64,000 bases of DNA. It comes from Acidobacteriota bacterium. Lineage in GTDB: Bacteria; Acidobacteriota; UBA6911; RPQK01; JAJDTT01. The stretch lies in NCBI GenBank assembly GCA_965263035.1, contig OZ253580.1:1280001-1344000 (forward strand), in the 5' to 3' direction. This document shows, piece after piece, positions 19,387 to 30,345 of the stretch. The first letter of the stretch is position 1; every line of letters begins with the position of its first letter. Position numbers and translations under genes: made by a program. The notes under the pieces were generated by a model. The model searched no databases. It was given only the letters and a program-made list of their open reading frames with translations, and was not told the origin of the DNA.

Positions 19387-20169
19387 GTGACCAACGAATC
19401 GCGTGAACGCTTCGACAAAATTGCTGATAACTATGCGACGAGCGAAGTCCACTCCATGAGTCCAACGATCAGGCTTCTTTATCAGCTCGTGAATCTGGAG
19501 ACTGGGGCATCCGTATGTGACATCGCGTGTGGCGCTGGCCACCTGGCACTGTCCTTTGCCACCTGTGCTGGGAGACTCGTAGGAGTTGACCCTGCACCCA
19601 GCATGTTGGATGCCTTTCGGCGATTGGCAGCGGAGCGGGGGATCGAGGTGGAGACTGTCGAGGCGTACGCTGAATCGGTTCCCCTGCGGGGACACCAGTT
19701 CGACTTGGTTGTATCGAGGCTGGCCCCCCACCATTTCGATGATGTGGATCGCGCGGTGGCAGAAATGGTTCGGCTCACGAAGATCGACGGGCGGGTAGCG
19801 ATTATCGATCTCGAAGGACACGAAAACGCTGACATCGACGAGTTTAATCACAAGCTGGAACTTCTTCACGATCCAACACACGTTCGGAGCTACACGGCGG
19901 CGAGGTGGAGATCCATATTCGAGAGCAGTGGGCTGAAGGTGGAAGTGTTGAAGGATAGATTATCGGAGCGACCTCAGGGGCAGACTGTACGCAGGTGGTG
20001 CGAGATAGCATCCTCTGGAACGGAGGCGGAAGCGGAGATCCGAACTAGTCTGCAGAAGGCCCCGAGTTCATTCCTGGAGGCCTTGAACATCAGGCGGAAG
20101 GGGGGAGACTTCCTGTTGCCTATACAGACTGTGTTGATCGTGGGAACCAGGGATGCTGCCCAAAGGTGA
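19387..20169 (+). CDS. Class I SAM-dependent methyltransferase
   Basis: VCDIACGAGH motif I, GVDPAPSML, AESVP...FDLVVSRLAPHHF, DPTHVR. Confidence 0.88.
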   Translation: MTNESRERFDKIADNYATSEVHSMSPTIRLLYQLVNLETGASVCDIACGAGHLALSFATCAGRLVGVDPAPSMLDAFRRLAAERGIEVETVEAYAESVPLRGHQFDLVVSRLAPHHFDDVDRAVAEMVRLTKIDGRVAIIDLEGHENADIDEFNHKLELLHDPTHVRSYTAARWRSIFESSGLKVEVLKDRLSERPQGQTVRRWCEIASSGTEAEAEIRTSLQKAPSSFLEALNIRRKGGDFLLPIQTVLIVGTRDAAQR

Positions 20170-20182
20170 GGGGGGGTGCCAG

Positions 20183-20341
20183 GAGCCTGCGCCGCAGAAA
20201 TTGATCTACTGCGAAAGCGGTAGAATCGGTCCATATTTCCCCGATTTCTCGGCGAATAGAACAACTATGCACCTCAAAATCGAGAAAATCTGGCCTCGAT
20301 TCCCCACTTTCTCGCTACGATCATTTCTACCGCGCAGACTC
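20183..20341 (-). mobile_element. MITE family A, copy 2 (159 bp)
   Basis: Near-identical reverse complement of 9433-9591; flanks CCAG/CTAG. Confidence 0.85.
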
Positions 20342-20718
20342 CTAGAAACCTGTCCGAGAACTCGGTAGTGAGCGACTTTCGTCCGCACCAATGCTCATGG
20401 GCAATGGTCCATGGCTCCGAATATCATCGATTCCCGGCCTCCAACGCCGAGGGCATCGATTTATTGCGCTATTTTCGACTCGGAAGGGGCCGATAGAGGC
20501 CGGTTTTTGGCTTTAAACGTCCTCACCCGCCCCTTTTTCACGCCAGAGCCGCTCGTTTCCCGAACTCCGGACACACCTCTCCGCGCAGAGCCGCAAGAAT
20601 GATTTTCTTGAGGTTGTGCGCCACGCAGACCAATGAGAACTCCCCGGCAACGCGTCCGGAAAAATGGACTGTCCCCTCTTCGGTCAGCTGGAGTGGGGGG
20701 GCAAGCTTTCAATCGAGA

Positions 20719-22194
20719 TCACAACGTCCAACCGGGACGGTAATCCCGCCTCAGCAGCGCGGTGGCCTCCGGAGAGTTGGTGATCTGCAAGTTGGCGGCG
20801 TCCCAGTCGAGTTTGGCGCCGGTACGGTACGCAAGGCTCCCCAGCATCACCACCTCCGAGATGGGGCCGGAAAAGCCGAAGTGGCAGCTCGTTGGGCTCC
20901 CGGTCTTGCAGGCGGCAATCCACTCGGAGCGATGGCCGACTTCAGCTGATCGCCGCCAAGACGGGTGAGCCTTGTAGGCGGCCATCCACTGAGCACGACG
21001 GCCGATTTCTACACCGATCGACGGAGGGATACTCGGCTCGGGTGGCTCGAAGTCCGCGAACTTTTTCGCCGGCCAGAGCATCCGCTGCCCGTAGCTGACC
21101 AGCAGCATTCCCTCGGTGCCCACGAAGACGCCCCAGGCCCAGTCGGGGAAGGCATTTTCCGCGAAAACCGGCGGCGGTTGACTGCCGTGTGTCCAGGTCA
21201 GGGTGACCGGGGGCATCTCTCCGCGGGCCGGGAATCGGTACCGAGCGTGAAGCTGCCCGGGTGTCGTTTCAGGATGAGGTGGCGGCCCCTCGGCTTCCAC
21301 TGAGATCGGATAGCGGAGATTCAGAGCCCAGAAGGGCAAACTGAGGTAGTGGCAACCCATGTTGCCGAAATTACCAGAGCCGAAATCCCACCACCGGTGC
21401 CAGTTGCCGCCGCAACCGCGGGAATAGGTGGGGTGATAGGGGCGGTAAGGCGCCGGCCCCAGGAAAAGATCCCAGTGAAGCCCTTGGGGGACGGGTGGCG
21501 TCTCTGTCGGGCGGTCATTCGTGCTGCCTGCCGAGCGGAGCCAGATGTGGTATCCCTCCACCGCGCCGATGGCTCCGCCGCGGATCAGCTCGACGACGCG
21601 GCGGTAGTTGTCCGAGGCGTGCATCTGGGTTCCCAATTGTGTTGCCACCTGCTGCTCGGCAGCCACCTTGGCGAGCATGCGGGCCTCGAAGACCGAATTG
21701 GAGCCCGGCTTCTCGCAGTAAACGTGCTTGCCGCGCCGCATCGCCGCAACACTGGCGGGAGCGTGGTTGTGGTTCGGCGTGCTCACCACCACGGCGTCGA
21801 TCTCACGGTCCAACTCGTCGAGCATCCTCCGGTAATCGTTGAATTTCTTCGCTCGCCCATAGCGGGCGAAGGCGTCGCCCGGGGGATTCCTGCGCCCTGG
21901 AGCCGAGGCCGCCGCCGACCGCTCGTCCACGTCGCAGAGAGCCACGATGTTCTCCCCGGTCATCTCCGGCCGTGACGCCGGCTTGACTCTCATGCCCGAC
22001 CCGAATTCCACGTTCTCCCCCGCCATGTGGACGAGGTTCCACGCCCCCATGCCGCCGGCTCCGACAACTGCGATATCGAGCTTTTCGTTGGCAGGGTAGC
22101 CCCAGACCGAACGGCTGTCGCGGAGAATCACCAACCCCGCCGCGGTGCGGCCCGCAGTGCGGAGAAAACTTCGGCGCTTCCACTGGTTCGTCAT
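20719..22194 (-). CDS. Tat-exported Gfo/Idh/MocA oxidoreductase
   Basis: KRRSFLR Tat motif, VVGAGGMG, STPNHNH, HVYCEKP, WDLFLGPAP, GNMGCH. Confidence 0.9.
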   Translation of the reverse strand: MTNQWKRRSFLRTAGRTAAGLVILRDSRSVWGYPANEKLDIAVVGAGGMGAWNLVHMAGENVEFGSGMRVKPASRPEMTGENIVALCDVDERSAAASAPGRRNPPGDAFARYGRAKKFNDYRRMLDELDREIDAVVVSTPNHNHAPASVAAMRRGKHVYCEKPGSNSVFEARMLAKVAAEQQVATQLGTQMHASDNYRRVVELIRGGAIGAVEGYHIWLRSAGSTNDRPTETPPVPQGLHWDLFLGPAPYRPYHPTYSRGCGGNWHRWWDFGSGNFGNMGCHYLSLPFWALNLRYPISVEAEGPPPHPETTPGQLHARYRFPARGEMPPVTLTWTHGSQPPPVFAENAFPDWAWGVFVGTEGMLLVSYGQRMLWPAKKFADFEPPEPSIPPSIGVEIGRRAQWMAAYKAHPSWRRSAEVGHRSEWIAACKTGSPTSCHFGFSGPISEVVMLGSLAYRTGAKLDWDAANLQITNSPEATALLRRDYRPGWTL

Positions 22195-22394
22195 CGTTCC
22201 TTCTCCATCAGTATCCGGCCATTCCGTGAGAATTGGTTTGGATAAACGGTGAGTGTTGGAAATCCGTCATCGAGGTGGCATGGATTTTGGACAACTCAGC
22301 AATATTGCTCCAACGCCCGAACCTGGGTCAATGGGCTTCCAGTGTTTTACGACTCTACTTGACAGGATCGCCGAGGATCTGCCAGTTCTTCCAC

Positions 22395-23744
22395 GTGCAG
22401 GCCCGGCACCTGACCCTCCTCGTCATCGTGACCGCCGCGTCGGTCGTTGCCTGCACGGTGGAGACCGGCTCCCGGCGGGACCGCCCCAACATCGTCCTGA
22501 TCCTGGCGGACGATCTGGGCTACGAAACCCTGGGCGCCTACGGCGGCCACTCCTACTCGACGCCGATGCTGGACCGCCTGGCCCGTCAGGGGATTCGTTT
22601 CGACCACGCCTATTCCCAGCCGCTCTGCACGAACACCCGCGTGCAGTTGATGACGGGCCGCTTCCAGCACCGCTACTGGCAGGGCTTCGGAATCCTGCCG
22701 AAAGAGGAGAGGACCTTCGGCCATCTGATGCAGGAGGCGGGCTACCGGACGCTGATCTCCGGGAAATGGCAGTTGCACAGCTATGATCCGGCGGACTACC
22801 CCGGGGCGGCGGAGAGACGGGGGACGGGGATGCGAGGCGCCGATTCGGGATTCGACGAGTATCTGCTCTGGCATGCCTGGCATACCGAGGAGAAGGGATC
22901 GCGGTACGCGGATCCCACCTATGACTTCAACGGAAAGCTGGTTCGGGAGCAGACGGGGGCTTACGGGCCGGACCTCTTCGTGGACTGCATCAACGATTTC
23001 GTAGAGCGGAACCGCGACGTTCCTTTCTTTGTCTACTACCCCATGGCGCTACCCCACGGCCCCTTCGTGCCCACTCCGGACAGCTCCCAATGGCAGGAGG
23101 AATCCCGGCGTCACGTATCGGACCCGGCCTACTTTGCCGACATGGTCGCCTACATGGACAAGCTGGTCGGAAGGATTGTGGCCAACCTGGACCGGCTGGG
23201 CCTGCGCCGACGAACTCTGGTCCTGTTCTATGCCGACAACGGCACCCACAGAATGATTTCTTCGCAGCTTGGAAACCGGACGATCCAGGGCGGAAAGGGA
23301 AAGACGACCGATGCCGGAACCCGAGTGCCGATGATTGCCAGCTGGCCCGGCACCGTTCCGGCCGGCGTAGCCTCCCAGGATCTCATCGACTCGGTCGATA
23401 TCTTCCCGACGCTGGCGGAGCTGGCGGGCATCCGGCTCCCGGACCGGAACCTGATCGACGGTGTGAGTTTTACGGATCGTCTGCTGGGCCGGAACGGCTA
23501 TCCCCGCGACTGGATCTTCATGCACTTCGATCCGAGGCCGGGATGGGACAAGGACAAGTACGCGCAACTCACGTTCGTCCGCGATCGGAAATACAAGCTG
23601 TACGGCAACGGAGAGCTCTACGACGTCGAATCCGACGGCCTGGAAGCCAACCCCATTCACGTGCCCCAACGCACCGAGGAGCAACGGCGGATCTCCGAGA
23701 GGTTTCGGACCGTCCTGGAAAGGCTTGAGGGCCGGAAGAAATGA
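22395..23744 (+). CDS. Sulfatase (S1, Cys-type)
   Basis: RPNIVLILADDLG, LCTNTR signature (non-canonical), GKWQL, ADNG, GTRVP; GTG at 22395 gives a lipoprotein-like signal. Confidence 0.88.
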   Translation: MQARHLTLLVIVTAASVVACTVETGSRRDRPNIVLILADDLGYETLGAYGGHSYSTPMLDRLARQGIRFDHAYSQPLCTNTRVQLMTGRFQHRYWQGFGILPKEERTFGHLMQEAGYRTLISGKWQLHSYDPADYPGAAERRGTGMRGADSGFDEYLLWHAWHTEEKGSRYADPTYDFNGKLVREQTGAYGPDLFVDCINDFVERNRDVPFFVYYPMALPHGPFVPTPDSSQWQEESRRHVSDPAYFADMVAYMDKLVGRIVANLDRLGLRRRTLVLFYADNGTHRMISSQLGNRTIQGGKGKTTDAGTRVPMIASWPGTVPAGVASQDLIDSVDIFPTLAELAGIRLPDRNLIDGVSFTDRLLGRNGYPRDWIFMHFDPRPGWDKDKYAQLTFVRDRKYKLYGNGELYDVESDGLEANPIHVPQRTEEQRRISERFRTVLERLEGRKK

Positions 23745-23839
23745 CCGGGGGTCGCCGATCTGGCTGCGCCTGCGGCCTCGATCCATCGTCCACAGGCGAT
23801 TCCGTAGCCGCTCCAGGCGCCGGGTCCGGGAAGTAAAAC

Positions 23840-24400
23840 CGGCGCGAACCCCTACTTGCGACGCTCCCTCCGCACCTCGCTCATGAGCCTGCTCAGTTGT
23901 CGCACGGTCGCCGCACGAGAGAGATCTTCGACCAGATTCACCAATTCCTGCGGATCCTCCCGGTGATCGTAGAGATCCCGGCCCCTCCTGCCGTCGTCCC
24001 ATTCGTTGTAGCGCCAGCGCTCGGTGCGGACGGAGCGTCCCAGTTAGGCCACCTCCCTGACGTGTTCGCCGGGATTGTCGCTCCGCGCCGTCAGGGTGTA
24101 TGCCGCCTCCTTCATTGGCATTTGCGGATCGTCCAGCAGCGAAACCCGGGAAGGATTGCAGATCGGCACCTGACAGTAGGCCCGCTTCAGGCGCAGCCCA
24201 CGAGCCGCCAGCCGATCCAGATGGGGGGGACTGGACGACCGAATGCCCAAACGTCTGCAGGTCGTCGTTCATGTCATCGGTCACGATGAAGAGAACGTTG
24301 GGGCGATCCGGTCCCTCGTTCTTTCGGCCGTCACACGCGGCGAGGAGGAGCAGGCTCATGACAATGACGATTCCGATGGCGTTCCCTCTCGATTCAGTCA
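23840..24400 (-). pseudogene. Degraded sulfatase (iduronate-2-sulfatase-like) remnant
   Basis: [12 protein letters not shown], then a frameshift to HLDRLAARG...[14 protein letters not shown], fused directly to C-terminal DDPQ...RSVRTERWRYNEW...LYDHREDPQELVNL with an in-frame stop. Ends approximate. Confidence 0.8.
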
Positions 24401-24785
24401 ACGGCCGTCTGGAAACCACGTGCCCATCGGCTGCCGCGTTTCGACCCACCCCTGACATCCCCAAAAGTAACCGGGAAAAGCCGGAACCGCCAGCGATCCG
24501 GAACGCAGCGGAGCAGGATACGAATCCCAGCCGACTCCGCCGGTGACGCACCGCAGCAGAACCGGCAAGCCACCGTTCCCGGAGGGGCCCTCATGGCGGC
24601 CTGACCCTGAACCGAGCCGGCATCCATGCCGCACGCCCACGGGGACAGGCGGCATTTCATGACCCGCCCGCCAGGATCCTGGCCCCGGCGTGGCCCCAGG
24701 GCCGCTACCGGTCTTCGCCACCCAGGCTTGACTCCCCGCAGGGTTTCGATAAAGATTTGTCTTCAAACGCGAGCGGTCCTCTTAA

Positions 24786-24943
24786 CAGTCCGTGGTGAAA
24801 GTCTCGCGAGCACCGAGACCGTTCCTGCGCCCGCCGGACAAGGCGCGATGAGGGAGCATACCGGGAGTATGTGACCGAGTCGCAACGCAGTCCGCCGGGA
24901 TGCAGGGACGGTCGAATGCCGTGACGACTTTTGCCACGGGCTG
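24786..24943 (+). mobile_element. MITE family B, copy 1 (158 bp)
   Basis: TIR CAGTCCGTGGTGAAAGTC ... GACTTTTGCCACGGGCTG, flanked by a TTAA/TTAA duplication. Confidence 0.88.
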
Positions 24944-24986
24944 TTAACCCGGTCCCTGGCTGGCCCGGCGCTGCAGATAAGGCTCG

Positions 24987-25688
24987 ATGAGGCGGCTCTT
25001 GTCATTTTCTGGGATTGCATTCCACATCTTGGCCACCTTTTGTCCGTCCGTGAGGATGGCAAGGGCGGCAACTCCGTTCGCCACCGATCTGTTTGTCGGC
25101 GGGCAGGGTGGCTACCACGCTTATCGAATCCCGGCGATGAGCGTCTCGCCGCAGGGCTCGCTGATCGTCTTCTGCGAGGCTCGCAAGTCGAGCCTGTCGG
25201 ACCACGGGGATATCGACCTGCTCCTGCGGCGTAGCGAAGACGGCGGCAGGACTTGGCTGGCGCCGCGGCTGGTGATCGAGGAAGGCGGAGACGCCCCGAT
25301 CAAGTACGGCAATCCCACGGCAGTCGTCGATCGGGAAACGGGCTCCATCTGGTTGGCAGTCAATCGCGATTACCTCGACCCACGTGGCCGGCGTCAGGGA
25401 GGAAGACCCCTTCTCCTTCGCAGCGACGACGACGGAAACAGTTGGTTGAACCCGATAGACATATACGGCGCAGACGAAAAAACCGGTTGGAAGCATTACG
25501 CATTCGGCCCCGGCATCCGCATTCAACTGCAGCACGGCCGGCACCAAGGCCGGCTCATCCTGCCGGCCAACTATCGAGAGTCATTCGACAAACGGCAACC
25601 AAGTTGGTCCCACGTCATCTTCAGCGACGATCACGGCAGATCATTGAATGCCGTTGCGGCATTGGGAGAAAGACCGGACAGGTACTGA
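24987..25688 (+). pseudogene. C-terminally truncated sialidase (GH33-like)
   Basis: YRIP motif and Asp-boxes SEDGGRTW, SDDDGNSW, SDDHGRS; ends at about 60% of the length of the intact paralog at 48933. Confidence 0.75.
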
Positions 25689-25703
25689 AGAAAGGAGACG
25701 CCC

Positions 25704-28013
25704 ATGTTCAGACACCTGCAACGAGTGTTGGCGGCGGCGGCCGTGGTGCTGCCTTCGCTAGCCTCGACGCCTCTGGACCGTCCGCCCCGGCAGGATGAGC
25801 AGACGTTCCTGCTGCTGCATCTGGACGAGCCGGACGAAGGAATAGCGGTCGCCGACAAGGTGCTGGTGGATCCCGTCTACGTGCGGATGGAGGCCCGGCA
25901 CCAGCAGGGACGTTTCGGTGGAGCTCTGAAGTTCGTAGGTCGGCCAGGTCTCCGCCAGTGTCTGTTGGTTTCTCTGCCCCAGCCGCAATATCTGACCCGT
26001 CACACCCGCAAGCGTCCACCCATCCGCTTCGCGGATGTCGAAGTGCCGGTGGTCCTCATGGACAACCAGAGGGGCTACACCATCGAGTTCTGGATGCTTC
26101 CCCAGGCCCGGCAGGCGCAGGTCATGCTGGCGGGGGTCAACTCGGCGACCTGGGTCCCCACATCCTCCTGGAAGGTGGAAATCACCGGGCAAGGGCGGTT
26201 GCGTTTCGCCAGCGGAGCCGGCCTCCACCGTTTTTACATGGAGAGCGAGAAGCCAGTCGCCATCGGCCGCTGGACCCACGTGGCCGTGGTCTGCGACAGG
26301 GGCAACGTGGGCATTTATCTCAACGGCCGCCGGTCCGGTCCGTTTCGGCGGATGGAACTGGCAGAGCGCCAGGGGGTGGGCGAGCCCGGAAGCGACGGCT
26401 CCATCCTGTGTGTCGGCGGTCCCGGGCCGGACGCCCAAACCGGCTTCTTCGACGGCCTGATCGATGAGGTCCGCCTTTCCACGACGCCGCGCCGTTTCGA
26501 GCCCGATCCCGCCATCCTGATCGGCAACGGCAAGGAGCTGTTCCTGGATGATTTTCTGCTGGCTCGAATGGAGGGGATCGAACGGGTCGTGAACCAACCT
26601 GAGCGCTACCCGGGCAACCCGCTGCTGACGGCCAAGGGCGACTGGGAAGCCGGCTCCATGCAACAGTTCGGAACCCTCTATGATCCCCGGCTGCAATTGT
26701 TCCGAACCTGGTACCGGGCCAACAACAGCGAGGACAACCAGATGAGCATGTGCTACGCCGTGAGCCGCGACGGCCTTCGGTGGGAGCAGCCGGTGCTGGG
26801 TCTGGCGGAATATCGAGGCTCGACGCGGAACAACATCGTCACGCCGAAGCGGTCCTTCTTCGTGTTCCTGGACCCTCTGGCCCGACCAGGCGAGGGGAAC
26901 ATCTGCGCCAGCGCGAAGATGCTTTACGGGTCCGACCGGGGGACCTTCAAGCAGATCCTCCTGCGCTCCCCCGACGGACTCCACTGGCCCTGGGGGCCGG
27001 TGCGGAACATGAGCGGCTACCAGGGTTGGCCCTACAGCCGCATCCGCCGCCAGGAAGCCGTCATGGCCACCGACCGGCCGCTCATGCAGAATCCAGTCTA
27101 CTTCGGCCGCCTCGACAAGATGACGGTGATCGCTAACGAGGGCGAGGGGCTGAAGGACCAGGTCTACGCCCGCGTCGGGTGGGACCTGACCCACTGGCAG
27201 GATCCTCTGCTGACGGACCTGAAGAGGAGCGAAAAGAACAATCTGGGCTGGTACGGCATCCGGACCAAGGACGAGTCCAGCGTCCTGGTGGGATTCACCG
27301 ACGCCTACCACAATGAGCAGAATCCGGATCCCCGCTGGAGGAGCCTGGGGCCCGAGGCCTACCATGACAAGCCCAGCGCCTGGCTCGACATTCAGCTCAT
27401 CAGTTCGCGCGACGGCTACCGCTGGCAGCACGTGGCGGACCAGGATGTGTTCCTGCCGGTGGGTCCGGAGGGCGCCTGGGACGAGGGGATGGTGCTGTAC
27501 GCACAGGCCGTCGAGCCTCCGGGATCGGACCGGATCTACCTCTACTACCAGGGCTCGCCCGTCCGCCACGACATGACTGATGCCGGATGGCTCCAGTGGC
27601 ACGCCCGTTCCCAACGACCCTCAAACAACATGGGCGTCGCGTTTCTGAGGAAGGAGGGCTACGTCAGCCTGGAGGTGAAGCCGGATGCGGCCGAAGGCGT
27701 GGTCGAAACCCGGCCGCTCCGATACCGGGGACGGCACCTCTTCGTCAATGCCGACGCCTCGAAGGGCGCGGTCCAGGTGGAACTCTGCGACGAGACGGGG
27801 AATCCCCTGTCCGGGTTCGGACGGAAGCGGGCCCTGCCGTTGACGACGGACCTGACGAACCATCTCATTCGCTGGGGCCAAGAGAGCGACGTCTCGCGGT
27901 TTGCGGGCCAGGCTGTGGTCCTTCGTTTCCACCTGACACCGGGCGCAAAATTGTACGCGTATCGCTTTGGTGGGCCCGACCCCCACCTGGATCTCGAGCG
28001 CCGGGAGCCGTAG
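25704..28013 (+). CDS. LamG/concanavalin-like domain + beta-propeller GH-like protein (paralog 2)
   Basis: Signal peptide; TIEFW, WTHVAVV, FDGLIDEVRLS (LamG); KELFLDD, CYAVSRDGLRW, EGYVSL, KLYAYRF. Confidence 0.8.
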   Translation: MFRHLQRVLAAAAVVLPSLASTPLDRPPRQDEQTFLLLHLDEPDEGIAVADKVLVDPVYVRMEARHQQGRFGGALKFVGRPGLRQCLLVSLPQPQYLTRHTRKRPPIRFADVEVPVVLMDNQRGYTIEFWMLPQARQAQVMLAGVNSATWVPTSSWKVEITGQGRLRFASGAGLHRFYMESEKPVAIGRWTHVAVVCDRGNVGIYLNGRRSGPFRRMELAERQGVGEPGSDGSILCVGGPGPDAQTGFFDGLIDEVRLSTTPRRFEPDPAILIGNGKELFLDDFLLARMEGIERVVNQPERYPGNPLLTAKGDWEAGSMQQFGTLYDPRLQLFRTWYRANNSEDNQMSMCYAVSRDGLRWEQPVLGLAEYRGSTRNNIVTPKRSFFVFLDPLARPGEGNICASAKMLYGSDRGTFKQILLRSPDGLHWPWGPVRNMSGYQGWPYSRIRRQEAVMATDRPLMQNPVYFGRLDKMTVIANEGEGLKDQVYARVGWDLTHWQDPLLTDLKRSEKNNLGWYGIRTKDESSVLVGFTDAYHNEQNPDPRWRSLGPEAYHDKPSAWLDIQLISSRDGYRWQHVADQDVFLPVGPEGAWDEGMVLYAQAVEPPGSDRIYLYYQGSPVRHDMTDAGWLQWHARSQRPSNNMGVAFLRKEGYVSLEVKPDAAEGVVETRPLRYRGRHLFVNADASKGAVQVELCDETGNPLSGFGRKRALPLTTDLTNHLIRWGQESDVSRFAGQAVVLRFHLTPGAKLYAYRFGGPDPHLDLERREP

Positions 28014-29508
28014 CATTTTCAGGGTCCCTGGTAACCGCACCAGTGGAGGGCTGTATTCCGCGGCTCTACGCCGGGCACGAACGTTTCCTCTTCTCCTGCT
28101 CTCGGCTTTCCTGGCCGGATTCTCCTTCGGATGCACCCGGCAGCTCGAGCGGCCGAACATCGTTTTGATCCTGGCCGATGACCTGGGCTGGAACCAGTTG
28201 GGCTGCTACGGAAGCAGTTTCTACGAGACTCCCAACCTCGACGGCATGGCTCGAGAGGGGATGCGTCTCACCGACGCCTACGCGGCCAGCCCCGTCTGCT
28301 CCCCGACTCGAGCCAGCATCATGACGGGCAAGTACCCGGCGCGACTCCACGTCACCAAGTTCATCTCGCCGCAGGACTACGTCCCCAACCCGAACGCCAA
28401 GCTGTTGGATCCCGACTGGACACCCTATCTGCGCTTGGAGGAGGAGACGATCGCCGAAGCCTTGAAGAAGCTGGGGTACGTGACGGCCGGCTTCGGAAAA
28501 TGGCACCTCAGCCGCGTCAAGACGCCTCCCGAGAGCCTGCCCTTCAATCCGGACAAGCAAGGTTTCGACCAGCACTTCGTAACCTACAAGCCGGTCCCAT
28601 CCATGGCCAGGAAGTGGCAGACGCCGGAGGACGATGCCCACAACGTGGGAATCATCACCGAGAAGTCCCTGGAGTTCATGGAGAAGAACCGTGAGAGGCC
28701 CTTCTTCCTCTTCGTTTCGCACAACAGCATTCACACCCCCCTGGTGGAGAAGAAGGCTCTGATCTCCAAGTACCGGAGGAAGCCGGACGTCGACTCTCCC
28801 ACCAACCACCCGGTTATCGGAGCCATGATCGAGACCCTGGATCGCAGTGTCGGCCGGCTGCTGGCCAAAATCGACGAGATGAAGCTGACCGAGAGGACCC
28901 TCGTGCTTTTCTATTCCGACAACGGAGGATTGGATTGGACCGCGACCGAGGGGCAGATCGCCGCCAACGATCCGTTGCGGGCCGGAAAGGCCGACCTCTA
29001 CGAAGGGGGAATCCGGGTGCCCTTGATCGTCCGCTGGCCGGGCCGAATCCCCCCCGGCCGCGTCTCCGGGGAACCTGTCAACAGCGTGGATCTCTTTCCC
29101 ACGCTGCTGGAGGCAGCCGGAGGCACCGAGACGGGCAAGGACACCGACGGCATGAGCCTGCTGCCGCTTCTCACGGGGCCCGTGGTCCCCGGCCGGGACG
29201 CGCTCTTCTGGCACTACCCCCACTACCACAAGTTCGGAGCCTTCCCTTCGAGCGCCATCCGGAAGGGTGAGTACAAACTGATCGAGTGGCACGAGGCCGG
29301 GATCTACGGATCGGACAATCGGTACGAACTCTACGACTTGGTGGACGATCTGGGGGAGTCTCGAAATCTGGCCTCCGTCCTGCCGGAGAAGACCCGGGAA
29401 CTGGCAGCCGACCTGGAGAACTGGCGGCGCTCGGTGGGAGCCCAGATGCCGAAGCGCAACCCCGACTATCGGCCGGAAGGCCAGCCGCGGGCGCGTGACC
29501 GGGAGTAG
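27967..29508 (+). CDS. Sulfatase (S1, Cys-type)
   Basis: RPNIVLILADDLG, VCSPTRASIMTG, GKWHL, SDNGG, YEGGIRVP; true start uncertain and probably downstream of 28013. Confidence 0.9.
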   Translation: MVGPTPTWISSAGSRSIFRVPGNRTSGGLYSAALRRARTFPLLLLSAFLAGFSFGCTRQLERPNIVLILADDLGWNQLGCYGSSFYETPNLDGMAREGMRLTDAYAASPVCSPTRASIMTGKYPARLHVTKFISPQDYVPNPNAKLLDPDWTPYLRLEEETIAEALKKLGYVTAGFGKWHLSRVKTPPESLPFNPDKQGFDQHFVTYKPVPSMARKWQTPEDDAHNVGIITEKSLEFMEKNRERPFFLFVSHNSIHTPLVEKKALISKYRRKPDVDSPTNHPVIGAMIETLDRSVGRLLAKIDEMKLTERTLVLFYSDNGGLDWTATEGQIAANDPLRAGKADLYEGGIRVPLIVRWPGRIPPGRVSGEPVNSVDLFPTLLEAAGGTETGKDTDGMSLLPLLTGPVVPGRDALFWHYPHYHKFGAFPSSAIRKGEYKLIEWHEAGIYGSDNRYELYDLVDDLGESRNLASVLPEKTRELAADLENWRRSVGAQMPKRNPDYRPEGQPRARDRE

Positions 29509-30187
29509 ATCGATGCCGGGAACCGGAAGAGACTCGGGGCGGCTCCGATTTCAGCCATGGGCGGGACCGCGAGGAAAGGTGGCCATCCATCTCGCCCTGG
29601 TTCTCGGCGTGGCCTTTTCCGCCGGCTGGCCGGCAGAAGGCCTCGCCGCCGCCATCCCCATCGGCCGGGAAAAGCAGCTACTCTGGGACGACTATCTGAT
29701 CGAAACGCTCCATAACACGGGGTTCGTGCTCAACCAGGCCGAAAAGGCCCCCAACAACCCGGTGATTCGGCAGGACCGGCCCTGGGAAGGGAATCTGATC
29801 CGGGTCGCCACCGTGTTCTACGACGAAGACCAGGGCCGGTTTCGGCTCTGGTATACGTCAGAGAACGTGAAACCTTCTCCCGGCGACCGCTGGGAGAGGT
29901 CCGGGCAGATCGTCTGTTACGCCACCTCCAGGGACGGATACCGGTGGACAAAACCCAACGTCGGCCGGGTGGACTTCAACGGATCGACCCGGAACAACAT
30001 CCTGGACGGCCGGAGCTGGCCGGGATTCAAGGGTGGGATCATCCGCGATGCCCACGATCCCGATCCTTCCCGCCGGTACAAGGGGTTGGTCATGAGCGTG
30101 GCGGGACCGGAGCCCAACTCGACCTCCAGTCCGGGAATGCGCTTCGACCTCTACTACTCGTCCGATGGCTTCGAGTGGGAGCCCTAT

Positions 30188-30345
30188 CAGCCCGTGGCAA
30201 AAGTCGTCGCGGCATTCGACCGTCCCTGCATCCCGGCGGACTGCGTTGCGATTCGGTCACATACTCCCGGTATGCTCCCTCATCGCGCCTTGTCCGGCGG
30301 GCGCAGGAACGGTCTCGGTGCTCGCGAGACTTTCACCACGGACTG
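30188..30345 (-). mobile_element. MITE family B, copy 2, in-frame inside a CDS
   Basis: Reverse complement of 24786-24943; CTAT/CTAT duplication; 158+4 = 162 bp = 54 codons with no stop. Confidence 0.9.

Noticed and set aside
20153-20391. Small recurring ORFs containing LIYCESGRIGPYFPDFS or SLRGRNDRSEK
   Set aside because: These are translations of MITE family A, not independent genes.
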